NCBI GenBank assembly: GCA_051439505.1 | Contig: JBFRWI010000044.1 | Span: forward strand, 1-40,177 | Origin: Hormoscilla sp. | Lineage (GTDB): Bacteria; Cyanobacteriota; Cyanobacteriia; Cyanobacteriales; Desertifilaceae | Direction: 5' to 3' | Length of the DNA: 40,177 nt | Part shown: piece after piece, positions 8,754 to 17,622 of the stretch | Numbering within the stretch: the stretch's first letter is position 1 | Layout of the letters: each line of letters opens with the position of its first letter | Program-made: the position numbers and the translations under genes | Notes under the pieces: model-generated | The model's input: the letters and a program-made list of their open reading frames with translations, nothing else | Told to the model about the DNA's origin: nothing | The model's database searches: none

Positions 8754-10598
8754 ATGAAGCATCAAGAAAAAGTCCAATTTCATTTACTTGTGCTGCTGGG
8801 GTGGATGGCGATCGCGGCTATTTTACGCTTGACAAATTTAGGAGAAAAACCCCCTTGGGCCGATGAATTTTCCACCCTAGTTTTCAGTCTCGGTCGCGGT
8901 TTCAGAACTGTACACCTGGACCAAGTAATTACCTCAGATACTCTTTTGGCACCATTAAAACCCAACCCAGTTACCGATGTCAGCGCAGTGGTTCGTCACC
9001 TGATGAGTGAAACGAATCATCCCCCAGTATATTTTATGCTCAATCATCTCTGGTTGCAACTGTTTCCTGGAGAATTGGTATCCCTCTGGGGGGCCCGATC
9101 GCTGAGTGCCCTGCTGGGGATAATTTCCATTCCGGCCATCTTCGGCTTTAGTTGGTTAACCTTTCGTTCAGTTAAAGTTTGTCACCTGGCAGCAGTATTA
9201 ATGGCCGTTTCCCCCTATGGCATATATTTAGCACAAGACGCCCGCCATTATACTCTGGCAATTTTGTTAATTATCGCCTCCCTCAGTTGCCTGATCCTCG
9301 CCACCCAAGCTGTTAAATTGCACAGAACATGTCCCATTTGGTCAATCTTCATCTGGGTTAACATTAATAGCTTGGGTATGGCGGTCCATTACTTCTTTAT
9401 CCTCGTCATCGCTGCTGAAAGTTTGGTCATATTTTATCTGCTAATTAGACATCGAAACTACCCACATTGGGGGCGACTTGGCGCAACTGCTGCGGGCACC
9501 GCGATCGGGGTTTTGGTCTGGTTACCGGTGTGGCAGAACATTCCCGGTAGCCAGCTGACAAGATGGATTTATCATAGCCATTCTTTCGGGGATTTTCTCG
9601 CACCCGTGGCCAGAATTTTGGCTTGGACAACTACTATGCTGTTCGTGGTGCCCGTGGAAGGACAAACTTTACCTGTTATCCTCATCTCGGCATTGGCAAT
9701 TATATTTTTGCTGTTCTTCACAGTCAGACTTCTTATTCAAGGGATCAAAATTAGTCCCCATGGTTTCCCGATCGCGGTTTTGGGCGGCTTCCTGCTAGGG
9801 GCGATCGCCCTCATCTTCGGACTTACTTACGGTCTGGGCATTGATTTAACTCTAGTGGCCCGCTACCAATTTGTCTACTTCCCCGCCGCGATCGCCCTCT
9901 GCGCCGGTAGCTTTGCCAGCTTTTGGCACGACCCCACCCAGAGGCGAGGGGTGCGGTCAAAAGTAGTTGCGGCGGATCCCCCCCAAACCCCCCCTTGCAA
10001 AAGGGGGGGCTTCCGGAAGCCCCCCTTTTTAAGGGGGGTTTGGGGGGATCCCACGACTGGGAAGATCCATGAACGATCAACTGGTTTTGACCATACCCAG
10101 AGGCGAGGGGTAGCAATAATTTTGCTGGCGGGACTCATAGGGGGGCTGATGGTAGTTACTAACCTCGCCTATCAAAAGCCCGATCGACCGGACCTGGTGG
10201 TTGCAGACATTCTGGAAACTAGCAACTTAGAAGTTCCCGTCCTCATTGCCACCGTTCACAAAACCCACGAACAAACTGGAGAAATGATGGGGTTAGCTTG
10301 GGAACTGACTCACCTGGATCGTAACCCACTTCTGGTGGGCGGTGCCCACCCTACGAATGCAACAACTTTTGACCGCACCCGGATTAATTTTCTCCTAGCA
10401 CACAAAGAGGATGACCCCCTAGTTGCGACCCAAACTCTTCAGCAAACCCTGGATAAACTGCCCAAACCTTTAGAATTGTGGGTGGTGAATTTCTCCGCTT
10501 CTGTCAAGATTAAAGCCCAAGGTTGCATTAAAGACAAAAAATCCATTGCCCGAGTGGCGGGCTATCGATATCGACGTTATCATTGTTCTGCTTCCTAG
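8754..10598 (+). CDS. GT39/PMT-like membrane glycosyltransferase carrying in-frame repeat-derived inserts
   Basis: RLTNLGEKPPWADE, NHPPVYF and SPYGIYLAQDARHYTL motifs; a 53-codon MITE insert with duplicated TQRRGV. Confidence 0.9.
   Translation: MKHQEKVQFHLLVLLGWMAIAAILRLTNLGEKPPWADEFSTLVFSLGRGFRTVHLDQVITSDTLLAPLKPNPVTDVSAVVRHLMSETNHPPVYFMLNHLWLQLFPGELVSLWGARSLSALLGIISIPAIFGFSWLTFRSVKVCHLAAVLMAVSPYGIYLAQDARHYTLAILLIIASLSCLILATQAVKLHRTCPIWSIFIWVNINSLGMAVHYFFILVIAAESLVIFYLLIRHRNYPHWGRLGATAAGTAIGVLVWLPVWQNIPGSQLTRWIYHSHSFGDFLAPVARILAWTTTMLFVVPVEGQTLPVILISALAIIFLLFFTVRLLIQGIKISPHGFPIAVLGGFLLGAIALIFGLTYGLGIDLTLVARYQFVYFPAAIALCAGSFASFWHDPTQRRGVRSKVVAADPPQTPPCKRGGFRKPPFLRGVWGDPTTGKIHERSTGFDHTQRRGVAIILLAGLIGGLMVVTNLAYQKPDRPDLVVADILETSNLEVPVLIATVHKTHEQTGEMMGLAWELTHLDRNPLLVGGAHPTNATTFDRTRINFLLAHKEDDPLVATQTLQQTLDKLPKPLELWVVNFSASVKIKAQGCIKDKKSIARVAGYRYRRYHCSAS
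9949..10098 (+). mobile_element. MITE family C, 150 bp, in frame within a CDS, 9-bp TSD
   Basis: TIRs GGGTGCGGTCAAAA and TTTTGACCATACCC; TSD AGAGGCGAG at 9940-9948 and 10099-10107. Confidence 0.93.
10334..10380 (-). repeat. REP-like 21-mer plus a solo family-C end inside the CDS
   Basis: GGTGGGCGGTGCCCACCCTAC (10334-10354) and GCAACAACTTTTGACCGCACCC (10359-10380), the latter matching the reverse complement of 9949-9970 at 21/22. Confidence 0.8.
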
Positions 10599-10683
10599 GA
10601 CTGTCTCGCCTGTCACCGTTTCGTCTGTCACCGGTTTTTTCTTTATTAATTTCCCAATTATCAATTTTTCATTTCCAAATTGC

Positions 10684-10814
10684 TTATACCATTTTCTCAA
10701 AAATAATCGACAATTTTTAAGCATTATGCTATTAGTCGGTTTTAACCGACTTTAGCTATTAGCCGGGGGTTTTAACCCCCGGCGGGCTGACAGCGAAGTA
10801 CACATTTGGTATTA
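10684..10814. mobile_element. Family B MITE-like element between convergent genes
   Basis: About 113 bp are homologous to the reverse complement of 23400-23512. Imperfect short terminal inverted ends TTATACCATTT / ATTTGGTATTA. Confidence 0.75.
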
Positions 10815-11354
10815 ATAGGGACCAAAAAATAAGTTTCCGGGAGCATCTGGGTCATCGCTGTGATGGAATTGCCAGATCAGCACCATAAATTCCTTTTTGC
10901 TGATACCGCCGTCATCATCTAGGTCTAACTTGGGAAATATTTCCACTGCTAATTCCTCGGGAATCCGCCAACTCCGATAAAATGTTTTGTATTCTTCCAG
11001 ACTAATCACCCCATCTCCATTCAGGTCTAATAGCTCGAATATATGACTGGCCAGATCCAGAACCGTTTGGTACATCTCCGTGTTATTGATGCGCCGATCG
11101 CCATGTTCGAGCCATTCGGATAGCTCTATTTTACCATTATTATTTTTATCCGCATCTTTTCGCAGATCTTCCCAGTCTTCCATAAACTCAGCATGCAGCC
11201 GATCATATTCCGGGGTACCCGGGATTAAATTACGAGATGCGACAACATTTTGAAATATTTCCTCATAATCCTCTTTTTCCACCACGCCGTTTCCATTGGC
11301 ATCATAGACGTGAAACAGCCGCGTCCACTTTCTCCTTTGCAGTTCTGTGAGCAT
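10812..11354 (-). CDS. EF-hand calcium-binding protein (calerythrin/SCP-like)
   Basis: Four EF-hand loops: DANGNGVVEKED, DKNNNGKIELSE, DLNGDGVISLEE, DLDDDGGISKKE; ends PGNLFFGP. Confidence 0.93.
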   Translation of the reverse strand: MLTELQRRKWTRLFHVYDANGNGVVEKEDYEEIFQNVVASRNLIPGTPEYDRLHAEFMEDWEDLRKDADKNNNGKIELSEWLEHGDRRINNTEMYQTVLDLASHIFELLDLNGDGVISLEEYKTFYRSWRIPEELAVEIFPKLDLDDDGGISKKEFMVLIWQFHHSDDPDAPGNLFFGPY

Positions 11355-11472
11355 TGTTTACCTTCCTCCATTTGGTACAGCCAGTCTGGGGTTAATCCCA
11401 TTTCTACCTTACCACGGTCTTGACCTATTTTTCTTAATAAATTTTAATTGTTTCCCGGGCTACACTGGCTTT

Positions 11473-11583
11473 CTATAGCAGTTTAACTGGTATCTTAGCT
11501 GAAGAGCAAATTCCCGAGTGAGATACCTTTGGAGTCTAGATCACACTCGGAAACTTGCCACAACTCAAATAGGATTGCTATAG
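11473..11583. mobile_element. Short degenerate MITE with CTATAGCA...TGCTATAG ends
   Basis: 8-bp terminal inverted repeat and an internal 16/19 stem GCAAATTCCCGAGTGAGAT / ATCACACTCGGAAACTTGC. Confidence 0.65.
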
Positions 11584-11585
11584 TA

Positions 11586-12707
11586 TTAATCGGCAGCGAT
11601 CGCCGAACGTTCCAGAGGACAAATTACCGAAAGTTTGCCCTGAAAATCAGTGAACGTCACTTCATCCTTGTAATGGCGGGGAGTTTTCATTAGCAACCGC
11701 CAAGCTTCCCCAGCGTCAACTAAATTCATTCGACCTGGATAGTGGATTTCTAACAACTCTTGCACCACCGGATAATAGTCCGAGTTCAGACTCGGAAAGA
11801 TATGATGTTCCGTGTGATAAGAAAAGTTAAAATGCAGCAAATCGAAGAGTTTGGGCATCCGTAGGGAAACGCTATTAATCAAGGGATCGTTCACCTCAGT
11901 CATCCGGCAAAACATGTGATTGGTGAAGATATAGAACATCCCGCCAGCATGACCAATTGCCAGGGGGAGAAAATAGCCGAGCGCCAGTTTCAGCGGGTGA
12001 AACCCTAGATAAAATAGGATGCTCAAATGAATGGCGAAAATTCCCAGACATTCACAGGCGATCGCCCACCGGTCATTAGGGCTAACCGTAAAAGCTGCGG
12101 GCACATAATCAACGGATTTATTATTAAATAATAGCACCGATGTCAGATTGCGGAAATTATGCACTATCCAGGAGCCCGCCATGCCTACAGTCAGCCAAAA
12201 TGGATGGACTTCCAGGGAGGGGACAAAGAGATTTTGGATCCATTTTCCCCAAGTTAAGGGCTGTTGGTGAAGGTAATTGCGGTCTGGATCCTCTAAGGAA
12301 TTTGTCTTGTTGTGATGTACGAGATTATGGAGAGATTTCCACTGGGTCGGCGGCATAAACCACATGCTTAACCCGATAAAGCTAATCAGATAAGTCAGTC
12401 GAGACTTTTTCTGTACGCTACCGTGCATCATATCGTGGGAACTAAATAGCAAAACTATGATGCTATTTCCCATGATTGATGCTAGAGGTAGATAAAGCCA
12501 TAAAAGATAGACCGGCCAACGATCTAAATGAGCGGCAATTCCCCATCCTAGCATTAAAATGGCCAGATTGATTAACAGGATTACCACCTTACTCGCATCT
12601 GGCTGAAATGCTTCCGCTGGCAGCAATGGACGCAGGGTTTTGGCATAGACTGATTGGTGAATTAGCAGCCCTTCGGATGCACCCTTCATCGTTTTTTCTG
12701 TGTTCAT
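11586..12707 (-). CDS. Membrane fatty-acid desaturase family protein
   Basis: Three His boxes: HDMMH, HNLVHH and HTEHH. Confidence 0.92.
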   Translation of the reverse strand: MNTEKTMKGASEGLLIHQSVYAKTLRPLLPAEAFQPDASKVVILLINLAILMLGWGIAAHLDRWPVYLLWLYLPLASIMGNSIIVLLFSSHDMMHGSVQKKSRLTYLISFIGLSMWFMPPTQWKSLHNLVHHNKTNSLEDPDRNYLHQQPLTWGKWIQNLFVPSLEVHPFWLTVGMAGSWIVHNFRNLTSVLLFNNKSVDYVPAAFTVSPNDRWAIACECLGIFAIHLSILFYLGFHPLKLALGYFLPLAIGHAGGMFYIFTNHMFCRMTEVNDPLINSVSLRMPKLFDLLHFNFSYHTEHHIFPSLNSDYYPVVQELLEIHYPGRMNLVDAGEAWRLLMKTPRHYKDEVTFTDFQGKLSVICPLERSAIAAD

Positions 12708-12936
12708 TTTCTAAGACCTTGGTAAAAAACATCCTCATATTTCCACTGAGACTCAGTAGTTTTGAGGTCTAATTTCCGATCTCTAATCATCTTACATCAT
12801 TGGCGAACAAAAATTTTTCTGCTATCTTCAGATCGTCACATCATTTTTTTACCCTACCACAGGTCGGCAGCTTTTTGGGTGAAGAAATGTTAACTTTTAT
12901 GTCAGGCGATCGCATAACCGGACTTTATCTAACAGT

Positions 12937-13884
12937 TTAACGAAGATCTTGACGACGAATGCCAGTCATGTATTTCCCCAAAAAGGGCAAACCCCCGATC
13001 GCGGGAATCAGGTACCGGGAAGTACATAATAGTCCTAGGGCCGCAGCAGTTGATGCGGTAAAATAAGGTTGATAAAATAGAATCAGGGCCGCATCCCGGG
13101 TGCCAACCCCCGCAAAGGTTAAGGGCAGTAATCCTGCTAAAATGGCCAGAGGAGAAAGGGCCAGATTCGCCAAAAACGGCGTCCAAGCTTTCAGGGCCAG
13201 AATGAAAAACCAGATTTGCATTAAATGTCCGAACCAAAGGAAAATAGAAGTGAAGGAAATGAGGGCTAACTGGCCCCGATCGCGCCAAAAGTAGCCGTGC
13301 ATTTCCTCCCAAGCGGTTCTCAAAGTTGCTAACTTAGACCGCATTTTGCCGGGCGCCACCTTAGAGGCCAGGGAAAAGAATCCTTGGGCAAACTTTCCCG
13401 AGGCCAGCAGCAGCGTACAAAAAGCCAGTCCGCTAGCAACGCTGACCGTCATCACCCCAAATAACCAATCTTTGCGAGGATACAATGTCAAGCCAAAGGC
13501 ACACCACAACAGCAGCGAGGACATGTCACAGGCTTTTTCAAACACCACCAAGGACAAGGATAAAGAACCGCTCAAATTTCCCCGTTCGCGGAGAAAATAG
13601 GCTTTAGCAATATCTCCCATCTTCGATGGTAAAATCATATTTAAGCTGCTAGCAGCCAGAATCAGCTTATTGGCTTCCGCAAATCCCAAGTTAGCTTGAG
13701 ACGGTGTCAATTGTTGCAGTCGCCAGGATGTCAGCATGGTGAGGGGAATTACCATACTCAGACTAACCGCCATCCACAGGCGATCGCAGTCCCGGAAGAC
13801 TTGCAGCAGGGCCTGAAAATCAATATTCCAATAAATAAATGCCAGAATTACTAAGCTAACAGCTAGGGAAATTATTCGTTTCAT
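12937..13884 (-). CDS. Lysylphosphatidylglycerol synthase TM domain (UPF0104, flippase-like) protein
   Basis: NMILPSKMGDIAKAY, VVFEKACD and LPLTFAGVGTRD motifs. Confidence 0.88.
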   Translation of the reverse strand: MKRIISLAVSLVILAFIYWNIDFQALLQVFRDCDRLWMAVSLSMVIPLTMLTSWRLQQLTPSQANLGFAEANKLILAASSLNMILPSKMGDIAKAYFLRERGNLSGSLSLSLVVFEKACDMSSLLLWCAFGLTLYPRKDWLFGVMTVSVASGLAFCTLLLASGKFAQGFFSLASKVAPGKMRSKLATLRTAWEEMHGYFWRDRGQLALISFTSIFLWFGHLMQIWFFILALKAWTPFLANLALSPLAILAGLLPLTFAGVGTRDAALILFYQPYFTASTAAALGLLCTSRYLIPAIGGLPFLGKYMTGIRRQDLR

Positions 13885-14678
13885 ATTGGATCTGCCAGAT
13901 ATAGCATAGTGCGATACAATAAATAAATCATACCCCGTGCATCGACCCAGTTCCCATGCAACCGCTGCAAATCGGAAACTAATTGTTTATATACCGTTCC
14001 AGTGCGCGGTAGATAAGATATACTCTGGGTTCTGCCAATTAATCCCCCTAGATCCAACTCCTGCTTGTAGCTAAAGTTGTGGCAACGGCAATTCCCGAAC
14101 AGGGGACTATTAAGTAGCGCTGCCGCCGAAAAGACTCGCTTCTCAGCAGGATGATCGCTTGATGCTACTCGGATCGACTCCCTGTAGCTGCGGGTAAAGG
14201 GGTCCGATCGATCTAAATCGTACCACATTAAAGCTAGTCGTCCCGTCTCTTTGAGAATGCGGCGGAACTCTGGCAAGCACAGTTCCGGGTTAAACCAGTG
14301 AAACGCTTGACAGCAAACTACCAGATCCGCAGAGGCATCTGGTAGGAGAGTTGCTTCCGCCGTCCCATCCCGGAATTCTACCAAGGGATACGCTGCTGCG
14401 GCTGTTCTCATGGCCCCGTTGGGCTCGATCGCCAGGACGCGCACCCCCCGATCGGCCAGCAAACGGGAGGCGATCCCGGTACCGGCACCGATATCAGCGG
14501 CTACCGGTCGGTCCAACCCCTGCAAGATCCTGTCTATGGCCCCGGCTGGATAACTCGGTCTATACTTGACATAATCGGCTGCCCGATCGGAGAATCGATC
14601 CAGCGGGTTCATCTGATGTAGGGCCGGAGTCTGATTTTCTACTCGCAAGGGTCCGATCGCATAAGCGTGCCTGTTCAT
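13881..14678 (-). CDS. Class I SAM-dependent methyltransferase (start may be downstream, e.g. 14612)
   Basis: RFSDRAADYVKYRPSYP, ADIGAGTG and QAFHWF motifs. Confidence 0.92.
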   Translation of the reverse strand: MNRHAYAIGPLRVENQTPALHQMNPLDRFSDRAADYVKYRPSYPAGAIDRILQGLDRPVAADIGAGTGIASRLLADRGVRVLAIEPNGAMRTAAAAYPLVEFRDGTAEATLLPDASADLVVCCQAFHWFNPELCLPEFRRILKETGRLALMWYDLDRSDPFTRSYRESIRVASSDHPAEKRVFSAAALLNSPLFGNCRCHNFSYKQELDLGGLIGRTQSISYLPRTGTVYKQLVSDLQRLHGNWVDARGMIYLLYRTMLYLADPI

Positions 14679-14713
14679 TTTATTGCCAATCTGTTAAGAT
14701 AATCAAATCACAA

Positions 14714-14774
14714 CTGACATGGTAGGCAATGCCCACCCTACCATAGCTGACATGGTGGACAATGCCCACCCGAC
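14714..14774 (-). repeat. Two tandem degenerate REP-like copies (33-bp period) upstream of the phytochrome gene
   Basis: CTGACATGGTAGGCAATGCCCACCCTAC and CTGACATGGTGGACAATGCCCACCCGAC. Confidence 0.85.
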
Positions 14775-14795
14775 AAAATCACAATTGATAATAGC

Positions 14796-17039
14796 ATGAA
14801 TTTACAAACAGTTGATTTGAGCCAGTTCGATCGCGAACCCATTCACCTCTATGACTACATTCAACCCCACGGCCTCCTGCTAGCCCTAGCAGAACCCCAC
14901 CTGACCATCTTACAAGTGAGTAATAACACCTACGATTGGTTCGGCGTTCCCCCCGAACAGATGCTAGGAAAACCCCTGCAAAACTTTTTCTCGGCATCTG
15001 AGATCGAGAGATTAAAGCAAATCATTGATAATGATGATTTTGCTTGTCTGAATCTGGTAAAAATTAAATTAGCCCAACAAGAAAAACTCATCAATGGGAT
15101 AGTAAATCGCAGTCAAAATGAATTGATTATCCTGGAATTAGAACAAGCTCATTCAACCGGAAATAACAACTTCATGGAATTTTATCATGTAGTAAAATGT
15201 TCTGCCAATAAACTGCAAAAAACATCCAGCTTCTCCCAAATGTGTCAACTCCTGGTCAAAGAAGTGCGAAAAATAACCGAATTTGACCGAGTCATGCTAT
15301 ATAAATACGATCGAGATTGGCACGGTCACGTGATCGCCGAAGATAAAAGAGCGGACCTGGAAGCATTTCTAGGATTACATTACCCAGCGGCAGATACGCA
15401 ACCACCCCGAGAACTATTTACCTTAAACTGGGTGAGGGTAATTCCCGATATGAATGCAGAACCGGTGAAACTTATCCCCAGCCAGAATCCGGTCACAAAT
15501 AATCCCCTGGACCTGACATTTTCCGTGCTCAGAGGCGTGTCATCCTGCCATATAGAATACTTGCAAAATATGGGGGTAGGTGCGAGCATGTCTATATCTT
15601 TAATTAGAGACCAGAAACTCTGGGGACTAATCGCTTGTCATCACTACTCTGCCAAGCAGGTTGCTTATGAAGTGCGGGAAGCTTGTGAATTCCTCGGACA
15701 AGTGATCTCCGTAGAACTGACGGTCAAAGAAAAGGATGAAAACTATGAATATCGCGTGGAAGTGAAAGAACGGCAAGGAAAATTGGTAGAATATATGTCT
15801 GCCGAAGATAATTTTATTGATGGCTTAGTTAAGCATAAACCGAATTTACTAGATTTGGTGCGGGCTGAAAGCGCAGTGGTGTGGTGGGGCGAAGATTGTA
15901 CGAAGCTAGGCATAACTCCTGAAGATGCAGATATCCAGGAATTAATTGCCTGGCTAGAACAGCAGGGAGATGAAAAGGTTGACGAAAAAGTTTTTTATAC
16001 AGATGAGCTGCCTCGCATTTATCCGGCAGCAGAAAAGTATAAAGATATAGCTAGTGGGTTACTCGCCATTTCTATCCCCGATCGCAATTATATACTCTGG
16101 TTTCGACCGGAAGTGATTCAAACGGTAAATTGGGCCGGAGATCCCAATCAGGCCATTATCAAAAAAGTGGATGCCCGAGGAACTGTGCGTCTGACTCCTC
16201 GGGGATCCTTTGAAGAATGGAAAGAAATTGTCCGCTGCAAGTCCTTACCCTGGAAACCCTGTGAAATAGAGGGGGTAAGGGAACTCAAAAGTGCGATCGT
16301 GAATATTGTCCTGCGTCAAGCCGACGAACTGGCCTCATTAGCGCGGGAACTAGAACGTTCCAATGCCGAATTAGAAAAATTTGCCTATGTGGCCTCCCAT
16401 GACTTACAAGAACCATTAAATCTCGTGTCTAGCTACGTGCAGCTGTTGGAGATGCGCTACGAAGATCGACTCGATCGAGATGCCAAGGAGTTCATCGGCT
16501 TTGCCGTGGAGGGAGTTACCCACATGCAGAAATTGATAGATGACTTATTAGCTTACTCGCGGGTGGGGACCAGAGGCAAGGAGTTTGCGCCCATTGTCGT
16601 TGAGACAGTATTAGATCGCGCCCTCACCAATTTGCAGATCCGGATCGCCGAAAGTGGGGCAGTCATTACCACCGACCCCTTGCCCACACTCAACGGTGAT
16701 AGCACCCAACTGATCCAACTGTTCCAGAACCTGATCGGCAATGCCATCAAGTTCCGCAGCGACCAACCTCCGCAAATTCACATAGGCGCAAAACAGCAGT
16801 CCCACGAGTGGCTATTCTCCGTCCGGGATAATGGCATTGGTATAGATCCCCAGTTCGCCGATCGCATCTTCACGATCTTTCAGCGCCTGCACGCCCGGGA
16901 CGAGTATCCCGGCACCGGCATCGGTCTAGCGGTCTGCAAGAAAATAGTCGATCGCCACGGCGGGCGCATCTGGGTAGAATCAGAACTGGGGCAGGGATCG
17001 ACCTTCTACTTTACGCTTCCAATCCAGTCAGAATTGTGA
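14796..17039 (+). CDS. cph1: Cyanobacterial phytochrome (PAS-GAF-PHY-histidine kinase), Cph1/AphA type
   Basis: DREPIH..IQPHG, FDRVMLYKY, GAF bilin-binding CH (VSSCHIEYLQNMGV), tongue WAG and PRGSF, H-box ASHDLQEPL, and HATPase G boxes. Confidence 0.93.
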   Translation: MNLQTVDLSQFDREPIHLYDYIQPHGLLLALAEPHLTILQVSNNTYDWFGVPPEQMLGKPLQNFFSASEIERLKQIIDNDDFACLNLVKIKLAQQEKLINGIVNRSQNELIILELEQAHSTGNNNFMEFYHVVKCSANKLQKTSSFSQMCQLLVKEVRKITEFDRVMLYKYDRDWHGHVIAEDKRADLEAFLGLHYPAADTQPPRELFTLNWVRVIPDMNAEPVKLIPSQNPVTNNPLDLTFSVLRGVSSCHIEYLQNMGVGASMSISLIRDQKLWGLIACHHYSAKQVAYEVREACEFLGQVISVELTVKEKDENYEYRVEVKERQGKLVEYMSAEDNFIDGLVKHKPNLLDLVRAESAVVWWGEDCTKLGITPEDADIQELIAWLEQQGDEKVDEKVFYTDELPRIYPAAEKYKDIASGLLAISIPDRNYILWFRPEVIQTVNWAGDPNQAIIKKVDARGTVRLTPRGSFEEWKEIVRCKSLPWKPCEIEGVRELKSAIVNIVLRQADELASLARELERSNAELEKFAYVASHDLQEPLNLVSSYVQLLEMRYEDRLDRDAKEFIGFAVEGVTHMQKLIDDLLAYSRVGTRGKEFAPIVVETVLDRALTNLQIRIAESGAVITTDPLPTLNGDSTQLIQLFQNLIGNAIKFRSDQPPQIHIGAKQQSHEWLFSVRDNGIGIDPQFADRIFTIFQRLHARDEYPGTGIGLAVCKKIVDRHGGRIWVESELGQGSTFYFTLPIQSEL

Positions 17040-17120
17040 TAAGATGTTAAATAGGGTAAAGTTATGTTACAAATATCCTTTTTAATCCCATTCACATTTA
17101 CAATCCAGCCTACGGTAAAC

Positions 17121-17558
17121 ATGCAAACAGCCACAAGCAACCGCAAAATCCTGGTAGTGGAGGACAACCCTGCCCAGATCCGCTTAATTAAAGAAGCATT
17201 GAAGCAGAGTTCCACCTCCCACCAGATGACTGCGGTCAACGATGGCGTAGAAGCAATGGCCTATCTGCGCCAGGAAGAACCCTATACTGGGGTAGGGCGG
17301 CCAGACATCATCCTGCTAGACTTGAATTTACCCAGAAAGAATGGTAGAGAGGTACTCGCCGAATTGAAAACCGACCCGCAGCTGAAGCGCATTCCCGTGC
17401 TAGTGGTGACAAGTTCCAGAAATGCCGATGACATTGCTAGCAGCTACGACCTGCATGCCAATTGCTACATTAACAAATCAAGAAACCTGAAGCAGTTATT
17501 GACAATAGTAAAGAGAATTGAAGAGTTTTGGCTGGACACCGTCACTCTGCCGTCATAA
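17121..17558 (+). CDS. rcp1: Phytochrome cognate single-domain response regulator
   Basis: VED...PDIILLDLNLPRKNG...IPVLV..TSS...YDLHANCYINK...FWLDTVTLP, directly after cph1. ATG at 17121 preferred. Confidence 0.9.
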   Translation: MQTATSNRKILVVEDNPAQIRLIKEALKQSSTSHQMTAVNDGVEAMAYLRQEEPYTGVGRPDIILLDLNLPRKNGREVLAELKTDPQLKRIPVLVVTSSRNADDIASSYDLHANCYINKSRNLKQLLTIVKRIEEFWLDTVTLPS

Positions 17559-17622
17559 GATTGACAGTTAGTAGTTGCGTCAACAGCGCAACTGTTAGCA
17601 TTGAATTGAGTTAGAGAATTTT

